Below are positions 24,981-39,640 of a DNA stretch of 64,000 nt, piece after piece; the first letter of the stretch is position 1, and every line of letters begins with the position of its first letter. The stretch spans positions 18,476,001-18,540,000 of the forward strand of contig NC_042997.1 of the NCBI RefSeq assembly GCF_006345805.1, in the 5' to 3' direction. Both the position numbers and the translations under genes were made by a program. The notes under the pieces were generated by a model. The model did no database searches. It worked only from the letters and a program-made list of their open reading frames with translations, and was not told the origin of the DNA. The DNA is from Octopus sinensis. Its lineage: Eukaryota.

Positions 24981-27173
24981 CAGTAGTTTTATTTTTATAG
25001 CGTGCTTTCACTTCACTACCGAGCGCAGCTCTGTGTGCCTTGGGTATGTGCTGTGATTTGTTGTGATGCTCTGATGGTTATTGTATGGAAAGTGTTCTGC
25101 GTAGGATGTGTGCAGTGCCTAGTAGTGCAATTTTCTGTATGTTATATGTGTTTGTAAGTCCTGGTGTTTTTGTTATGTATTTGTCTGAATATTTTTTTAT
25201 CATGCCTAATGCACCTACTATGATAGGAATTGTTTCTGTTTTCAGATTCCACATTCTAGTTACCTCTATTTCCAGGTCTTGTATTTTGAGAGTTTCTCCA
25301 TTTCTTTTAGAGACACGTTGTCATCTGCTGGTGTTGATACATCAATTAGAAAGCATTGTTTTTCTTCATGATCTCTGACAACTATATCTGGTCTGTTGGC
25401 CTTAATTTCTCTATCTGTGTGTATCGGCATATCCCAGAGTATGGTTGCTTTCTCGTTTTCTGTGACCTTTTCTGGTGTGTGCCTATACCATCTTTTTTCT
25501 GTTTTATTCCATAATGTTGGCATAGCTTCCAATGTATGTAGGTTCCAACTCTGTCATGTCTGTGAATATATTCCTTCTTAGCCAGGACTGGGCAGCTAGA
25601 GATAATATGATTTATTGTTTCTTGTCCATCTCCATATATTCTGCAGTTACTTGTAATATTTCTTTTCATTACATGTTTTTGGTAATTTCTGGTGGGAGGC
25701 TTTGGTCTTGTGCTGCAATTAAAAATCCCTCTATTTCTGCTTTGAGTCCTGAGCTTCTCAACCATTGCTGGGATTTTTCTTTGTCTATTTCTTTTGCGTT
25801 TAGTTTAGTGCAGTATTTACCATGAAGGGGCTTTTCTTGCCATCGTTTTATCATGGTTCGTTGCTGTTCTATTTTTAGTTTGGATTTCATTTGTTTTATA
25901 GCTTTTGTTTTTCTTCTCATCTCTTCTTCTTCTTCGTGTTTATTAGGTGGTATGATTTCTTGTTTGTATTTGTCAGCTTCCTTAAATACTGAGAACAGTT
26001 TTTTTTTTTTTTGCTCGTGTTTTGCTGCTATCTGGATCAGTTTCCTTCCTTCTGAAGTAGGTATTTTTGCAGTCCTATGGTGGTTATTTTATAGTAGTTT
26101 TCCAGCTGTATAAGGCCTCTACCACCTTCTATACTTGTATATATATATCTTCTATGTCAGATTTTGGGTGATGCATCCTAGATCCTGTCAGTATTTTTCT
26201 TGTTTTCCTATCTATTTTGGACAGTTCATTTCGTGTCCAGTTAAGGATATTGTAGCTGTAACTTATAACTGGGACAGCTAAAGTGTTGATACCTATTATT
26301 TTTTGTTTTTAGCATTGAGCTCTGTTTTTAGTATTGATCTAACTCGTCTATAATATTCTTTTTTTATTTTCTCTTTCATTTGTGTGTTTGTGTCTTATCT
26401 AGTTCATGGATTCCTAAGTATTTGTAAGTTTGGCTTTGGTTTAATTCTTTTATTTCATTGGTTTTATCTAGTGTGATGTTGTTACTCTTAACTAGTTTTC
26501 CTCTTTTCATGGTTACTTTGGCGCATTTTTCTAATCCAAACTTCATATCTATTTCTTTGGTAATCCATGAACTGTCTTTAATAGTGTTTCCAGCTGTTTG
26601 TCATTTGCAGCGTATAGTTTTAGGTCATCCATATATAAAAGGTGGCTGATCGTTTTGCCGTAACATTTATATCCGCATCCAGTTCTATTTAGCATATCAG
26701 ATAGAGGTGACAGTGCCAAGCAGAAAAGGAGTGGAGAGAGCGTGTCTCCCTGGAATATTCCTCTTCTAATGGGGATGTCTTTGGTTTTCATGAGTCCCTC
26801 TTTTGTTTGGAGGTGTAGGACTGTTTGCCATTTATTCATAGAGTGCTCTATGAATTTTATGATTGTTGGTGCTACTTTGTTAATGGCTAGTGTTTCGAGG
26901 ATCCATGTGTGGGGGATGCTATCAAACGCCTTTTTGTAGTCAATCCAGGCCATACTGAGGCCTTTCTTCTTTCTGTGGCTGTCTTCAGTTACGGCTTTAT
27001 TAATCATTAGTTGATCTTACAGCCATATGAGCCTTTGCGGCATCCTTTCTGCTCTTCTGGGAACAGTTTGTTTTCGTCCAGGTGCTTGTTCAGCCTTTGC
27101 GATATCACTGCAGTAAATGCCTTGAACATAGTAGGGAGGCAGGTTATTGGTCTGTAGTTTTCTGGTTTTGCTG

Positions 27174-27176
<3 letters not shown>
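24981..27176 (-). mobile_element. 5'-truncated R4/Dong-like LINE (RT, CCHC, RLE) with frameshifts
   Basis: YRPITCLPTMFK, AWIDYKKAFDSIPH, RGIFQGDTLSPLLF, HLLYMDDLKL, ETINHIISSCP...HRHD, NRPDIVV...IDVSTP, IQKIALLGTAHILRR; flanked on both sides by (TTA)n. Confidence 0.95.
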
Positions 27177-27236
<60 letters not shown>

Positions 27237-27420
27237 GAAGGCAGTGAGCTGGCAGAATCGTTAACGAGTCGGACAAAATGCTTAACGGTATTTCTCCTAC
27301 CGCTACGTTCTGAGTTCAAATTCCGCCGAGGTCAACTTTGCCTTTCATCCTTTTGAGGTCGATGTAATTGGTTAGTACCCTCCCCACAAATTCCATGATT
27401 TGTGTCTATTGTAGAAAGGA
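27237..27420 (+). mobile_element. tRNA-derived SINE (family A; core resembles the Meta domain)
   Basis: ggcagtgagctggcagaatcgttaac...gagttcaaattccgccgaggtcaactttgcctttcatcc; related copies at 27430-27565, 31610-31790, 34360-34545, 53255-53460, 54140-54290 and 60965-61500. Confidence 0.85.
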
Positions 27421-27586
27421 TTATTAGTATTATTCGAGGTTGACATTACCGGTCATCCTTTCAGGGTCGATAAAAAAAGTACCAGTTGAACACTGAGGTC
27501 GATGTAATCGACGCATCCCCTCCCTCCAAAAATTGCTGCCCTTGTGACAAAATTTGAAACCATCATTATTATTATTATTATTATTA

Positions 27587-27617
<31 letters not shown>

Positions 27618-28160
27618 GAGTGAGAAAGCAGTTCATGCCATCAAAGTGACGCTGGAGTAAAATATACGAAACCCAGTATACCCATCATAACTACCCGTCT
27701 GATAAGCACATGCATCACAACCATATGTGTGCGACACAGTGATCTCATATCAAGATAAACAGCACATGACTTTGCAGGTGGGGCCCAGTTAGAATCTTCT
27801 TCTGGTTGAGTAACCCATCCCGTTCAAAAGGTCCCTGAATAGGGTTGTTTAAGGATTTTGAATGAAACACCCATGTTTCAAGAGGTGAATCATTCAAACC
27901 CCAAAGTATCCCTCTCAACATATGGCTATGATGCTCCCCCACTACTGCTCGTGATTAGAGATGCACATATCGTCACCCACTAAAAGACATGCTCAACTGG
28001 TTAAGGTCAAACAACTGACAAGCAAATCTGTGGTATTGAGCAGAACATTTGCTGTAGCCCATCTTTTATACCAAGACAAAACAATATACATGATAACACT
28101 TCCAATCAGTTAAGATCAGAAGCCACGAGAGCCACTGTCTGGTACAGCATCAGGGCATTT
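27618..28160. mobile_element. Interspersed repeat (probable LINE 3' UTR) embedded in (TTA)n
   Basis: Higher-GC block between (TTA)n tracts; recalled as a common octopus repeat; no ORF. Confidence 0.45.
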
Positions 28161-28207
28161 ATTATCATTATTATTATTATTATTGTTGTTGTTATTATTA
28201 TTATTTA

Positions 28208-28256
<49 letters not shown>

Positions 28257-28586
28257 TATATTATTATTATTAAAATGTTTTGTAGTATTACTTTTGAGAC
28301 TTTACATTCTACGTAGTACATATTTGTTTATTGAATAAGCCAGAGAGCTGCAAAATAGTTAATCCTCAAGCTGAGATAGATCTCTTAGAAGTATATGATT
28401 TCTCAATAAGAAATAGGAAATAGGTTCTTTGAGAATGCGTGAAAGCAAAAAGAATAAGATCAATATGCAAGACACAAGGTTGTGTTAGAAGATATAATTT
28501 GGGTCACAACAGTGAAGATGGTATCAGTTACATCATCATCACCACCCTCAGTGTCTGATGCCCATAAGAGATAATATCTCACTCAC

Positions 28587-28627
28587 AGGTATGATGCCAA
28601 TGAAAAAGAAATCTACAAATCTATCAC
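28587..28627 (-). CDS. Candidate 41-nt exon (xDRFVDFFFIGIIP)
   Basis: Strong acceptor taatctttctag and donor gtgagt; one frame open; phase does not join directly to the 30263 donor. Confidence 0.25.
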
Positions 28628-28986
28628 CTAGAAAGATTAACTTAAGTAAAAAATATTTCGCTAATACAGAAAATACAAGCCTAGAATGTAGGTGCATATC
28701 ACGATAAGGAATATTTCAGAACTTGCTTGAAATATATATCTGATTAAAGTATGGCAATCTTTGTGACTAGCCGAGACAGTCATATTCCATTGGAAACAGA
28801 ATCCCCAAATAGATATTAAGATACTGGATTACCACTGAATTTATGTTATTTCATACATACATGCACACGCGCACACATACATGCACACATACATATACAT
28901 TCGTGCACACATACATATAGAAACTATATACATACGTATATAGTTGCACTGTCTTATATGCTTTTGTGTTTATATATATATATATA

Positions 28987-29034
<48 letters not shown>

Positions 29035-29167
29035 GTCACTACGTGAATATATAAACCTCTTATAGGGCTAGTTTTATCCAAGTTACACTGTTTTAATATA
29101 TTATATTGTTGAGAAATATCTCTTCAATATAAAAATTGGTGTACTATAAATATCAAGTATTATTAAG

Positions 29168-29471
29168 TAAGAAAATGGAGATATTTAATGGATATAAATT
29201 AATTTATTAACATTTATAATAAAGCCTACACTTGTTTCAGTTCCCACTCAATATAAATTACAAACCTATAGACTAAAATAAGTTTGCATTTTGAATATTT
29301 AGAGTAAAATATCCATTGCCCTGAAGATATTTTACTTTAAATATTCAAAATGCAAACTTATTTTATTCTAAAGGTTTATAATTTGTATTGAATGTGAACT
29401 GAAACAATTGTAGGCTTTATTACAAATGTTAATAAATTAATTTATATCCATTAAATATCTCCATTTTCTTA
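29168..29471. repeat. Inverted repeat, ~145-bp arms, 14-nt loop
   Basis: taagaaaatggagatatttaatgg...gagtaaaatat and its near-perfect reverse complement at 29327-29471. Confidence 0.95.
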
Positions 29472-29486
29472 TCTATCTATATATAC

Positions 29487-29543
<57 letters not shown>

Positions 29544-29639
29544 TATGAATATTTATTTTTATGTTCAGTTATAATAAAACCTATTTATATCAATCTTATG
29601 GGTACTCAATACTGTTGTAGTGTAAAAATTTATCATTCA

Positions 29640-30025
29640 CTAGCAGTATCGCCCGGCGTTGCTTGGGTTTGTAAGGGAAATAACTATAAAGCATTTTTAG
29701 AGAGTTATAGCCAAAAAATAGCAAAAAAATGGAAAAAAAAATGATGGTAAATTTTTTTTTAAGAGTTAAAAAAGGTCGAGTTGCGCCCCCTAGACAGTCT
29801 GTGGTCTGTGTTTCTGATTCTCGACCCCATGTCGAATTTATCGATTTTTTCAGAACTGGGGGAACTTTTCAAAATTTTCGCTGCGTTAGTTTTGAATTAT
29901 GACATTGGGCTATGTATGTGTCAAGTTTCATCAGAATCGGTTGAAAGCCGTGGTCAGGGTGAGGGTGCAACCTGACAGACACACAGACACACACACAGAC
30001 AAAATGCCGTTTATATAGAGAGAGA
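29640..30025 (-). mobile_element. Non-autonomous Helitron-type element
   Basis: Minus strand starts TC(TC)n TATAT and ends with a GC-rich hairpin (aagcaacgccgggcgatactg) then CTAG; inserted between A and T. Confidence 0.8.
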
Positions 30026-30262
30026 TAAACAAGGATGTTGTTGACAGTGACTTCAAAGTTTCAGCGAATTAAGCCATCGTCGTACCGGATACACACACGC
30101 GCACAAGCGTGCATTATAAGGTGGCCAATGCACAGATAGAGTGTTATATTGATTGCTTCACAGTAATTATTTCAGCTCTCTGCGCTCTGAGTTCAAATCC
30201 CATCACAGTCCGCTTTGTCTCATATTTTGTCAGGTCTGACAAATAAAGCGCTATTTTTGTAC

Positions 30263-30446
30263 CGAGGTAGTTTTTTTCTTTTCTTCAAATCCTCTCTTTC
30301 TGTTTGACTCATTTTCTCCGTCTGAAAGCAATCGACTGTGGGCCGAGTCAGAGAGGAAGTCTCCACCAGATCTAAAATACCCAAGGAACACTGCATCTGA
30401 TAACTTTATTATCAAGGAGTCAAGCACCCATGGGCTCATACTGCAT
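30263..30446 (-). CDS. Putative exon of an uncharacterised gene (CSMSPWVLDSLIIKLSDAVFLGYFRSGGDF...EEKKKTTS)
   Basis: Acceptor aattacag; phase 2 matches the exon at 37279-37334 (TT|A = Leu); open, higher-GC frame; ends at donor G|gtacaa or reads through to the stop at 30251. Confidence 0.6.
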
Positions 30447-30470
30447 CTGTAATTTTAGCGCATATACGTA

Positions 30471-31027
30471 CAATAATACCTCACTTTACGAGGACATTCT
30501 TTACGAGACCTTTGGTATACAAGTTTTATTTTTCAAGCACAGGATCCAAATTTTAAATGAAGTGAAAAAGTTTCTACTACCATATCAAATGCTTCTGCGT
30601 GTTACCGAGAAATTTACAGGGAGCGAGAAAAGCTTCTTTGTAAGCAAACAACTCTAGACTTGTTTTGAAAAAGAAATCTACAAGTCCGTCTGCAAGTGCT
30701 TGTGAATCAGTGATCGCATCTACAAGTGATGGCGTGCGCAAGTCTGCGAGTGAAAGCGATTCAGAAAATGATTATAATGATAATATTTTTTTGCTATAAA
30801 TGATCTTGACATTCTTTTTACTTTACATAAAATATTCTTTACATTCTACTTTTGTGCTGTTGCCATTTATTTACGAGTATTATAGATTTTATAGGTAAAA
30901 TATTTTTCTGGGAACGAATTAGGATTTGTAACATTACTACTTTGGGAAGTTATTGCTCTGTTTTACGAGTTTTCACTTTACGAGCGGTCTCCGGGAACAA
31001 GTTAACTTGTATATCGAATCATTACTA
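30471..31027 (+). mobile_element. pogo/Tigger-like non-autonomous DNA transposon
   Basis: TA-caataatacctcactttacgag ... aacttgtatatcgaatcattacta-TA (degenerate inverted termini, TA duplication); internal KQTTLDLF-like transposase tail. Confidence 0.65.
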
Positions 31028-31284
31028 TACATACATGGTGGTTGTCAACTCGCTATCGATTATGACAACGTTTGACGCTAAAATTACATATGTAGTCCCT
31101 ATGTGCATATTCGAGTGATATGTGTGCCACTCTCTAAATCTTTAAAACCATTGAAATGGCAGCACACAAAAGCAGGCAAGATAGCCTTTGATTGAAAATA
31201 AATTGCAAGTTTCAAGTGATAATGTCCTTCTTTAATGTAGGTTTACTTACACTTGTAAATGTCCAAACATAAATCAAATGATTA

Positions 31285-31343
31285 TATACACAATACTAGA
31301 TGGGTTTTGACGATTCTATACACAATACTAGATGGGTTTTGAC
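31285..31343. repeat. 32-bp-period tandem duplication
   Basis: tatacacaatactagatgggttttgac occurs twice. Confidence 0.9.
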
Positions 31344-33288
31344 TATCTTGAGTTCATCTACTTTTTGAAAAGTTTTGATTTTTATCCCACAGAATGTTCA
31401 AAGCCATTATTTTCCCCAAGCAAGATAAAGGTTGCTGGTTTTGTCCTCAATGACACTGGCATCTGCAAGTTGTACGAGCTTACGTACTTAGCAGGTTACT
31501 GGTTACCAAAGATTTCACCAGACTTACTTTCATACATACGTATGAAATAAATATACACATATATTAATTATTATTATAAAAGAAGGTATTTTTATTTAAA
31601 ACATGATGAGTGGGCAAAATGCTTAGCGGCATTTCTTCTAGCTTCACGTTTGAAGTTCAAAGGCTGCCGAGCTATCCTTTGCCCTTCATCCTTTAGGAGT
31701 CGATAGAATAAGTACTCTGAAAGTACCGGGCTCTTTGTAATAGACTTCCCCCACCACAAAAAATTCAAGCCTGGTGCTTATAGTAGAGAGAGTGAGAGTT
31801 ATTATTCTTAATTATATGATTATCATTTTATACGTGACTTTCACTACAAAGCAACCATTGATCAGCTCTTTACTGGAGGTTACAGCAATTTTTGGCACAT
31901 ACCAACAGCATTATTCCTTGGCCGTGAGGACAAACTGTATTAATGCCAACAAGGAATTCCAAGTTTGCTTGATCCATCACAACTCTCTAGACTATAATCA
32001 CTGTCTTAGATGACTCATTAAATCCTTCATATTCTACGTTATTTTCGTCAGACTGAGAGTTTATGTGTGTATATTAACATAAATATACATATATACACAT
32101 ACATGCGAGCACGTGTGTACACGTGCACGCGCACACACACATACACACAAATACACACACAATTATGATTGCTAGTCACTACTCTCTCTTCCACGAGCGA
32201 CTTGCACTTGCCTTTGTCATTCTCTCTTACCATTGCTCACATCTTCCTAGCCTCGCATTCTCTTTCTCTCTCCCTCCCTCTCCCTCCTTCTTTCTCTCTC
32301 TGCTAACTCCCTGTAAACACATTGTTTCTTCTATCGTATTCTTTCAGACTTTGTCCCCTTTTCATCCTGCTTCAACAGCTATCACTTTCACTCACATTCT
32401 TCGATATTTAATCTTAAGTGAATGAACTCACCATAGATTAAAGAGGACTCTTTAATCGTACGAGATACAGAACATCCTCTTTAGTGTTGTTTGACTCTGC
32501 TGCTGATGTCTTCATTGTTCATCAGCTATGAAATTTTCACATCTTTTTACATCAGTTGATGATGCTACATCTAAAGTCTCTCTATTTCTAAATATGAAGA
32601 AAACTCAACACAATACCATGAGGATGATGATGAAAGAAACATGCCATTGTGTTCCAATGATGTCACAAATTTCAAGGAAGTCAGTGACTTCATATGCCTT
32701 AGATTCTATGTTACTGACAGTAAAAAAGACTTCTTGACATGCGAGGGACAAGCCTAAAGTGACTGTAACAACCTTCAAAACATCTGGCAATCAACTATTT
32801 GAAAGTCAAGAAGGCTGACCTTTTTCAGATCATGTGTAGATATCATTCTTTTCCTTGGAACCGAAACCCAAAGTATGAAGAATGAGCTTCAAGTTTTCTT
32901 TGATAATATATACACCAGATTTCTGATGAATGCTCAAAACATCTCATGGCATGAGTTCAAGACCGAAGAGGATGTTTCTAGGCACATTCAACTCACCTCT
33001 TTTATTATTGCTCAACGCTGAGTAGGGTCTGTTGGCTACTGCTATCATGCTGAATAACAAACAATGGAAGATATATTTTAGAAAATTCTAAAATTTTGTA
33101 AAGATAGCGAAGACCATTTAGTTGCCTTGATACTATTGTCAGAGAGAGGCAACATGAAACTGAGTATCTATCAAAACTAGAAGGAGAAAGAGACACCTGG
33201 AGCAGCTCTGTGAAAAGCATCTCGGTTGCGGCCACCTGAAGATGTTTGTGCCTGTCCATAGATCATATTTGTGCGTGTACATGTTTGT

Positions 33289-33349
<61 letters not shown>

Positions 33350-33409
33350 TACACACACACACATGTATGTATGTCTCTTCTATTTTTTAATTATTATAAA
33401 TCTTCCACT

Positions 33410-34025
33410 GAGGAGAGAGCCAGTTTCCAACAAAGACTCTATCTTTGGGATGTAGTTAACACAGACAAATTCGTATTTAGAACTTGAGAAAGTCTTGCAT
33501 ATTTTTACTGTTCCACTCACAGATTGCACGTGTAATGTACGAATCAGTCGATCAATTTCTTTTTCTGAAAATTCCAGTTTATCCAGATTCTCCTTCAAGC
33601 ATTTACTAACAAAACCTGGAGTTCCAATTATTATTGGTATGAATATGAATTCATAGTCTGGATATAGAAGCTGGAGGTTTCGGAGCAGTTGTCCATAGAT
33701 AACGTCTTCTCCTTTGATTTTCAAACAGATATTTTTATCTGCAGAGCAGCTGATTTCTATGATGGTACATACCTTTGTCCCACTCAACAATATCCGCCTG
33801 TTATGTTTACATTTGACAGAAGTTTTGATGGTAATATTCCACCAGTATTCCTTGAATTGGTGTTTACGAATGTATTCCATAACAGAAGGATTTTCTAAGT
33901 TTATTTCAGGACAGTCTATTTTGCGTATGACATTGTAAGTTGTTTTAGCAACAACATCGTGTTGCGTAGGGAGGTAGAACTGTGACAACATTTTAGGACA
34001 GCTGCTAATCAGATGCGTAATGTAT
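33410..34025 (-). mobile_element. R4/Dong-like LINE 3' fragment (CCHC, RLE, 3' UTR)
   Basis: THLISSCPKM...QHDVVAK...YWWNITIKT...IIEISC...YGQLLRNLQLLYPDYEFIFIPIIIG; its 3' UTR recurs inverted at 44930-45055. Confidence 0.85.
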
Positions 34026-34609
34026 ATATGTGTGGATTTATGTGTGTATGCGTGGGAATACACATACAAAAACAGGGACTGAAGTGGAAACCAAATGGTT
34101 GTGAAACAAATTTGTTAGCCACATAGAGCTATTCAAGCATTAAAAAGTGAGGAAAATATTTTCTTCTGCATTTATTGCACAATATGCAAAAGTGCTTTAT
34201 TGCTGTAGGTTTTAAAAGGGTCCAAATTTAAGACTTAGAAAGTAAATAATTCACAAAGGCAAGAATCCAGATTCTGCAATAAGGAATACATCTAACAAAG
34301 AAATAAAAATAGGTAACTGAAGGTGAATTTAATTCTTTTTACAATAAGCACAAGGGCTAAAATTTGAGTAGGGATTTAGTTGACTTACATCGAACTGCAG
34401 TGCTCAAACTGGTACATCGGCCTAGGAAGGATGAAAGGAGAAATTGATCTTGGCAAATTTGAACTTGGAACGTAAAGTGCCAGAGGAAATGCCGCTAAGC
34501 ATTTTTGTCCAATGTGATAACGATTCTGCTAGCTCACTGACTTACTAAAGGTGAATATAATGAATATCAGAATAATCTCTTCAATTGGTAATGGTTAATA
34601 GGGCGGTGG

Positions 34610-34973
34610 ATGGAAGTACTCCGTGGGTTACGACGACGAGGGTTCCGGTTGATCCGATCAACGGAACAGCCTGCTCGTGAAATTAACGTGTAAGTGGCTG
34701 AGCACTCCACAGACACGTGCACCCTTAACGTAGTTCTCGGGGATATTCAGCGTGACACAGAGAGTGACAAGGCCGGCCCCTTGAAATACAGGTACAACAG
34801 AAACAGGAAGTAAGAGTGAGAGAAAGTTGTGGTGAAAGAATACAGCAGGGATCACCACCATCCCTGCCGGAGCCTAGTGGAGCTTTAGGTGTTTTCGCTC
34901 AATAAACACTCACAAACCGCGATCCTATGACCGCGAGTTCGCTGGCCTAACCACTGGGCCATTGCGCCTCCAC
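34610..34973 (-). mobile_element. tRNA-derived SINE (family C, tail type 1)
   Basis: Head gtggaggcgcaatggcccagtggttagg (A-box-like) on the minus strand; first ~175 nt shared with 50597-50787. Confidence 0.85.
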
Positions 34974-35639
34974 TAAGAGGGCAGTACAACTTAACATGCT
35001 GTTATTTTTCATGCCCTCTCTTCTGTCAACCAGCTTCTATTTAGCCAAATAATTTGTTATATATATCTACATATCGAACTATGAAGATATGTATATTTAG
35101 CAAATAATAACACTATATGACATGAGTTTAGAGCTATTTGTATTTTACAAGTAATTACAGCATTGCATCAGCAATTCCCTCTTTGTATAAAAATGAATTC
35201 CAATTTTTTCTCGGGGACTTCGACCAAAAATTATTATTGGAAAATCACGTGATAATCAATAAATTTCAATATTAGCCTATTGAGTATGGGGGAGGATAAA
35301 ATGTGGAATAAAATAATAAAATATTGTGAAATCGATTAGAATAAACACATATATAAGAATATACTTAAACATGTATAATAAAAATATAAGTACGCACATA
35401 TACACACACACACACACAAGATCATACATGCTCACACATTTATATACATTGGAGTACAAAAGTACATACACACATGTATATTGTATGCATACAAATTCAT
35501 TCACATATAAATGCCTATATAAATACATACATGCACACACATACATCCACATATGAACATATATAAAAACCTTCACACACATATAGATGCATGCCTATAC
35601 ATATATGTGTGTGCATGTGTGTGTATATGTATATGTATG

Positions 35640-36155
<516 letters not shown>

Positions 36156-37278
36156 GCACTCCCTCTACACAAACATACTTATATGTAGGTTTACATACTT
36201 ATATAGAATTATAAAGAAATATCAAAAAAATTACGAGTTAAGTGTGAGAACATGAATGTAGGATCTAACATTTGTTGAAAATAGGGAAAATGATGAATGA
36301 CTTGACAGTGTAGCTTTCTCATATTTGCATATGTACATATACTAACGCTAATCCAATTTGCTCACTTGCATGTGTGTGTGTATGAATATATACACATTCG
36401 AGCAAATCCATTTATACAGATATATGCAGACATTTACGTATGTCCGTATATCTACAAGTACGCTTGTACAAATGCAAGCATTCTTATAAATATATGTAAA
36501 ATGCGTACACACACACACATACACATAATGCAAGCATATGTATAAATATATATATACATGCACAAACATATGCACACACGCACTCATGCATACATACACA
36601 TACATATATACAGAACAAAAAAATCACACAAAACAATTCAAAACTTTTTGAACATATACATATATCCATTTTTTACACATATACAAGGACATATATGCAT
36701 TTACAAATACGTACATGTGAAGCTACATAGACATATTACATGCATTATTAATAAAATGTGATTTTCTGTCTATATTGACGGCTCCAGCATAGAAGCTTAA
36801 GCCTTAAAAAGTGTCTTAGTAGCATATAAATACATATCTTTGCATATCAAATAAAAGAATGTGCCTAAACATATGAAAGAATTATAAATGCAACAAGCAT
36901 GTAAGTATAAAATAGATGTGCTATGATATTATATAGAATTAGGAGTGAAGCAGGTGGTTGTGTGAAAAAACTTGGCAAGTACAACAAAGGTATAAAATAA
37001 AAAGAGGGTTTGCATAAAAATACTTGAAAGATAACCAAGGTTCATACAACAACCCTATTAAGAAATAGGGAATATATAAACAAATTATGCAGTGGAAAGT
37101 GTTTAGAGTATATGCAATCGGCAATTGAATAGATTTAAAACTGGGGTACAAAACATTGATTTTACCTAAACATTTACTCCTTGCTTTTATGTCTTTTGAT
37201 AGAAAGGAATAAAAGCAAAGAATAAATGCTATGCGAAAGTAATATGGCAATACACCAGACTTACTTTTATAGACTTAC

Positions 37279-37334
37279 AATATCAAACGGTTGGTAACTT
37301 GAAAAATTTTAGGATAAATTTCATTTGGTGAGAG
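37279..37334 (-). CDS. Putative exon (LSPNEIYPKIFQVTNRLI)
   Basis: Acceptor ctaatttcttcaag, donor gtaagt; phase 0 to 2 fits both neighbouring exons. Confidence 0.55.
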
Positions 37335-37954
37335 CTTGAAGAAATTAGCTCCAATTTAGAATTTAACAGTCGAAAAATTCTGTGTTTAGTACGTAACTTT
37401 TTTTTATTATTATTCAAAGGGGTACATAGGACCATTGATATATGCTTGAGCAGTTTCAATAATCGACAAAAGAATTTTTACAGTTGGGGATATCTATTTC
37501 CATTTAAATTCCAGATGTATTTCAAGAGTGTTTTTGTGCAATTTTTTTATATCTCCATACATAAATAAGCGTGTATACTAAGTATATTTCGAATTAAAGC
37601 ACTCAAATACCTCCCCTTAACATATGTCTAAATTAAAAATTGTGCAAATGTATATTATATGTATGTTTGTGTGTATTCGTATGCAAATATTCTCCCATTT
37701 GTATTTTCATCCGTACTGTTCGATTTCACGGTTTTATTCTTCTTTTATTTCACACTCCCCCAATTAACAGGCAAACACTGAAATTTATTGACTATGATAT
37801 GATTTTCCAATAACAATGCTTGATCAAAGATTTCGAAAATCATTGTAATTGATCTTCTATATAAAGAGTGAGCCTATGGTTTTCAAGTTATTTCGATAAG
37901 TGCAATGCATGTAAATCTTGGTCCTAGAGTCACGTATGTAGTTTTTGACTTAAT

Positions 37955-38045
<91 letters not shown>

Positions 38046-39169
38046 TAAATGTATGTATGTATGTATGTATGTTTGTATGTATGTATGTATGTATGCATGC
38101 ATAAACTTTTCTAATACAAAGTCAGCCCTTTAATCAGAAACGGAGGAAACTGATAGTAGTATTATATCTATTGGTTTTGAAATCTTTATAATTTCATACA
38201 TATGTATATAACATACAAGAACATTTGCGTCAGTATGTTTGTTAAGCTTCTGGCAAACAGATTCTACTGCACATTCTTGAAACCATATTGTAGATATTTC
38301 AGCCACTCACCGTCCCTAAATGCCAGTTTAAAAAGCATTAATGACATAGCTGCCAATCTCTCTTCTCTGGAGTCAGTTTGACTGATCACCCATCGATGGA
38401 TATCTTTTATTGGTAAAGGTCAATAAATTGATACCATCACACCCATTCATATAATAAATATTTACCCTGTATATTTACACACACATACACACGTACACTT
38501 ATATATGTTGTGCATGAATGGTTTATAGTTTGTGTTGAACATCTTCATCATTTCTGTGTAAATGTGGTGTGGCTAGCTTGAAAACAGAACATGAATCGAA
38601 CTGGAAATACTCATATATATTAATATAAAGATCAACAGACTCATAAATTGAAAAGTGGATCAGCCGATTGATTGAATATATAGTTTTATTGTTAAAGTGA
38701 TGAATGTAGTGATAATTGTAAGGTTATATCAGATCTTTGATGATGAAAGTTTGCTACAAATCCACATTATTCAAATTTTGTTTATATTGTTGCTGCTGCC
38801 ATTAATTTCTTTTGTTCTTTTATTTATATGATATGATTTTTTTGTTCTGTATTTATTTTTTTCCAATATTTTCTTTCAAACTAGTTGTCATGAACTGTCC
38901 AAGCTTGAAACCTCCAGCCAAAGTACAACAACGGTAAAAAGAAACAAAAAAAGGGGGAAAGAGAAGAAAATGAATTAGAATCAAACAAAAATTCAATATT
39001 TCATTCTTTTATCCAAAGAACTACAAAAGGTTTTCAAGGTATTATTATATTCTCACTAACAACCAACTAATATAATGATACGGTCAGGCGCATAATGTTT
39101 CATTAATAGTAAGTACATATGAGACAAACATTGCAATGATATTCATATTTTAATGCTTAGCACAGTATA

Positions 39170-39197
39170 TTAAGAGACTGAATATATATATATAAAT

Positions 39198-39258
<61 letters not shown>

Positions 39259-39279
39259 TATATATACACATATATATAC

Positions 39280-39313
<34 letters not shown>

Positions 39314-39390
39314 GTAAATATATATATACATATATATATATATGCATATTATATATGTATATATATATGTATATATATATATATAATATA

Positions 39391-39444
<54 letters not shown>

Positions 39445-39610
39445 CATGTATACATATATATATATTTATATACATACATACACACACATGCATATACACA
39501 TACATATGTGTGTGTATGTATGTATATGTATATATATATATACATAATATATATATATATATATATATGCATATATATATGTATGTATATATATATATAT
39601 ACATATATGC
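39170..39610. repeat. Long (TA)n/(CATA)n microsatellite
   Basis: Direct inspection. Confidence 0.95.
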
Positions 39611-39640
39611 ATGCTTTATGAACTTATGCTGATGAATTAC

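Noticed and set aside
32480-33240. Coding-like degenerate region, possibly an old DNA transposase
   Set aside because: No diagnostic motif or termini could be read with confidence
34945-34973. tRNA gene
   Set aside because: It is the tRNA-derived head of a SINE with no complete cloverleaf; the same applies at 50597
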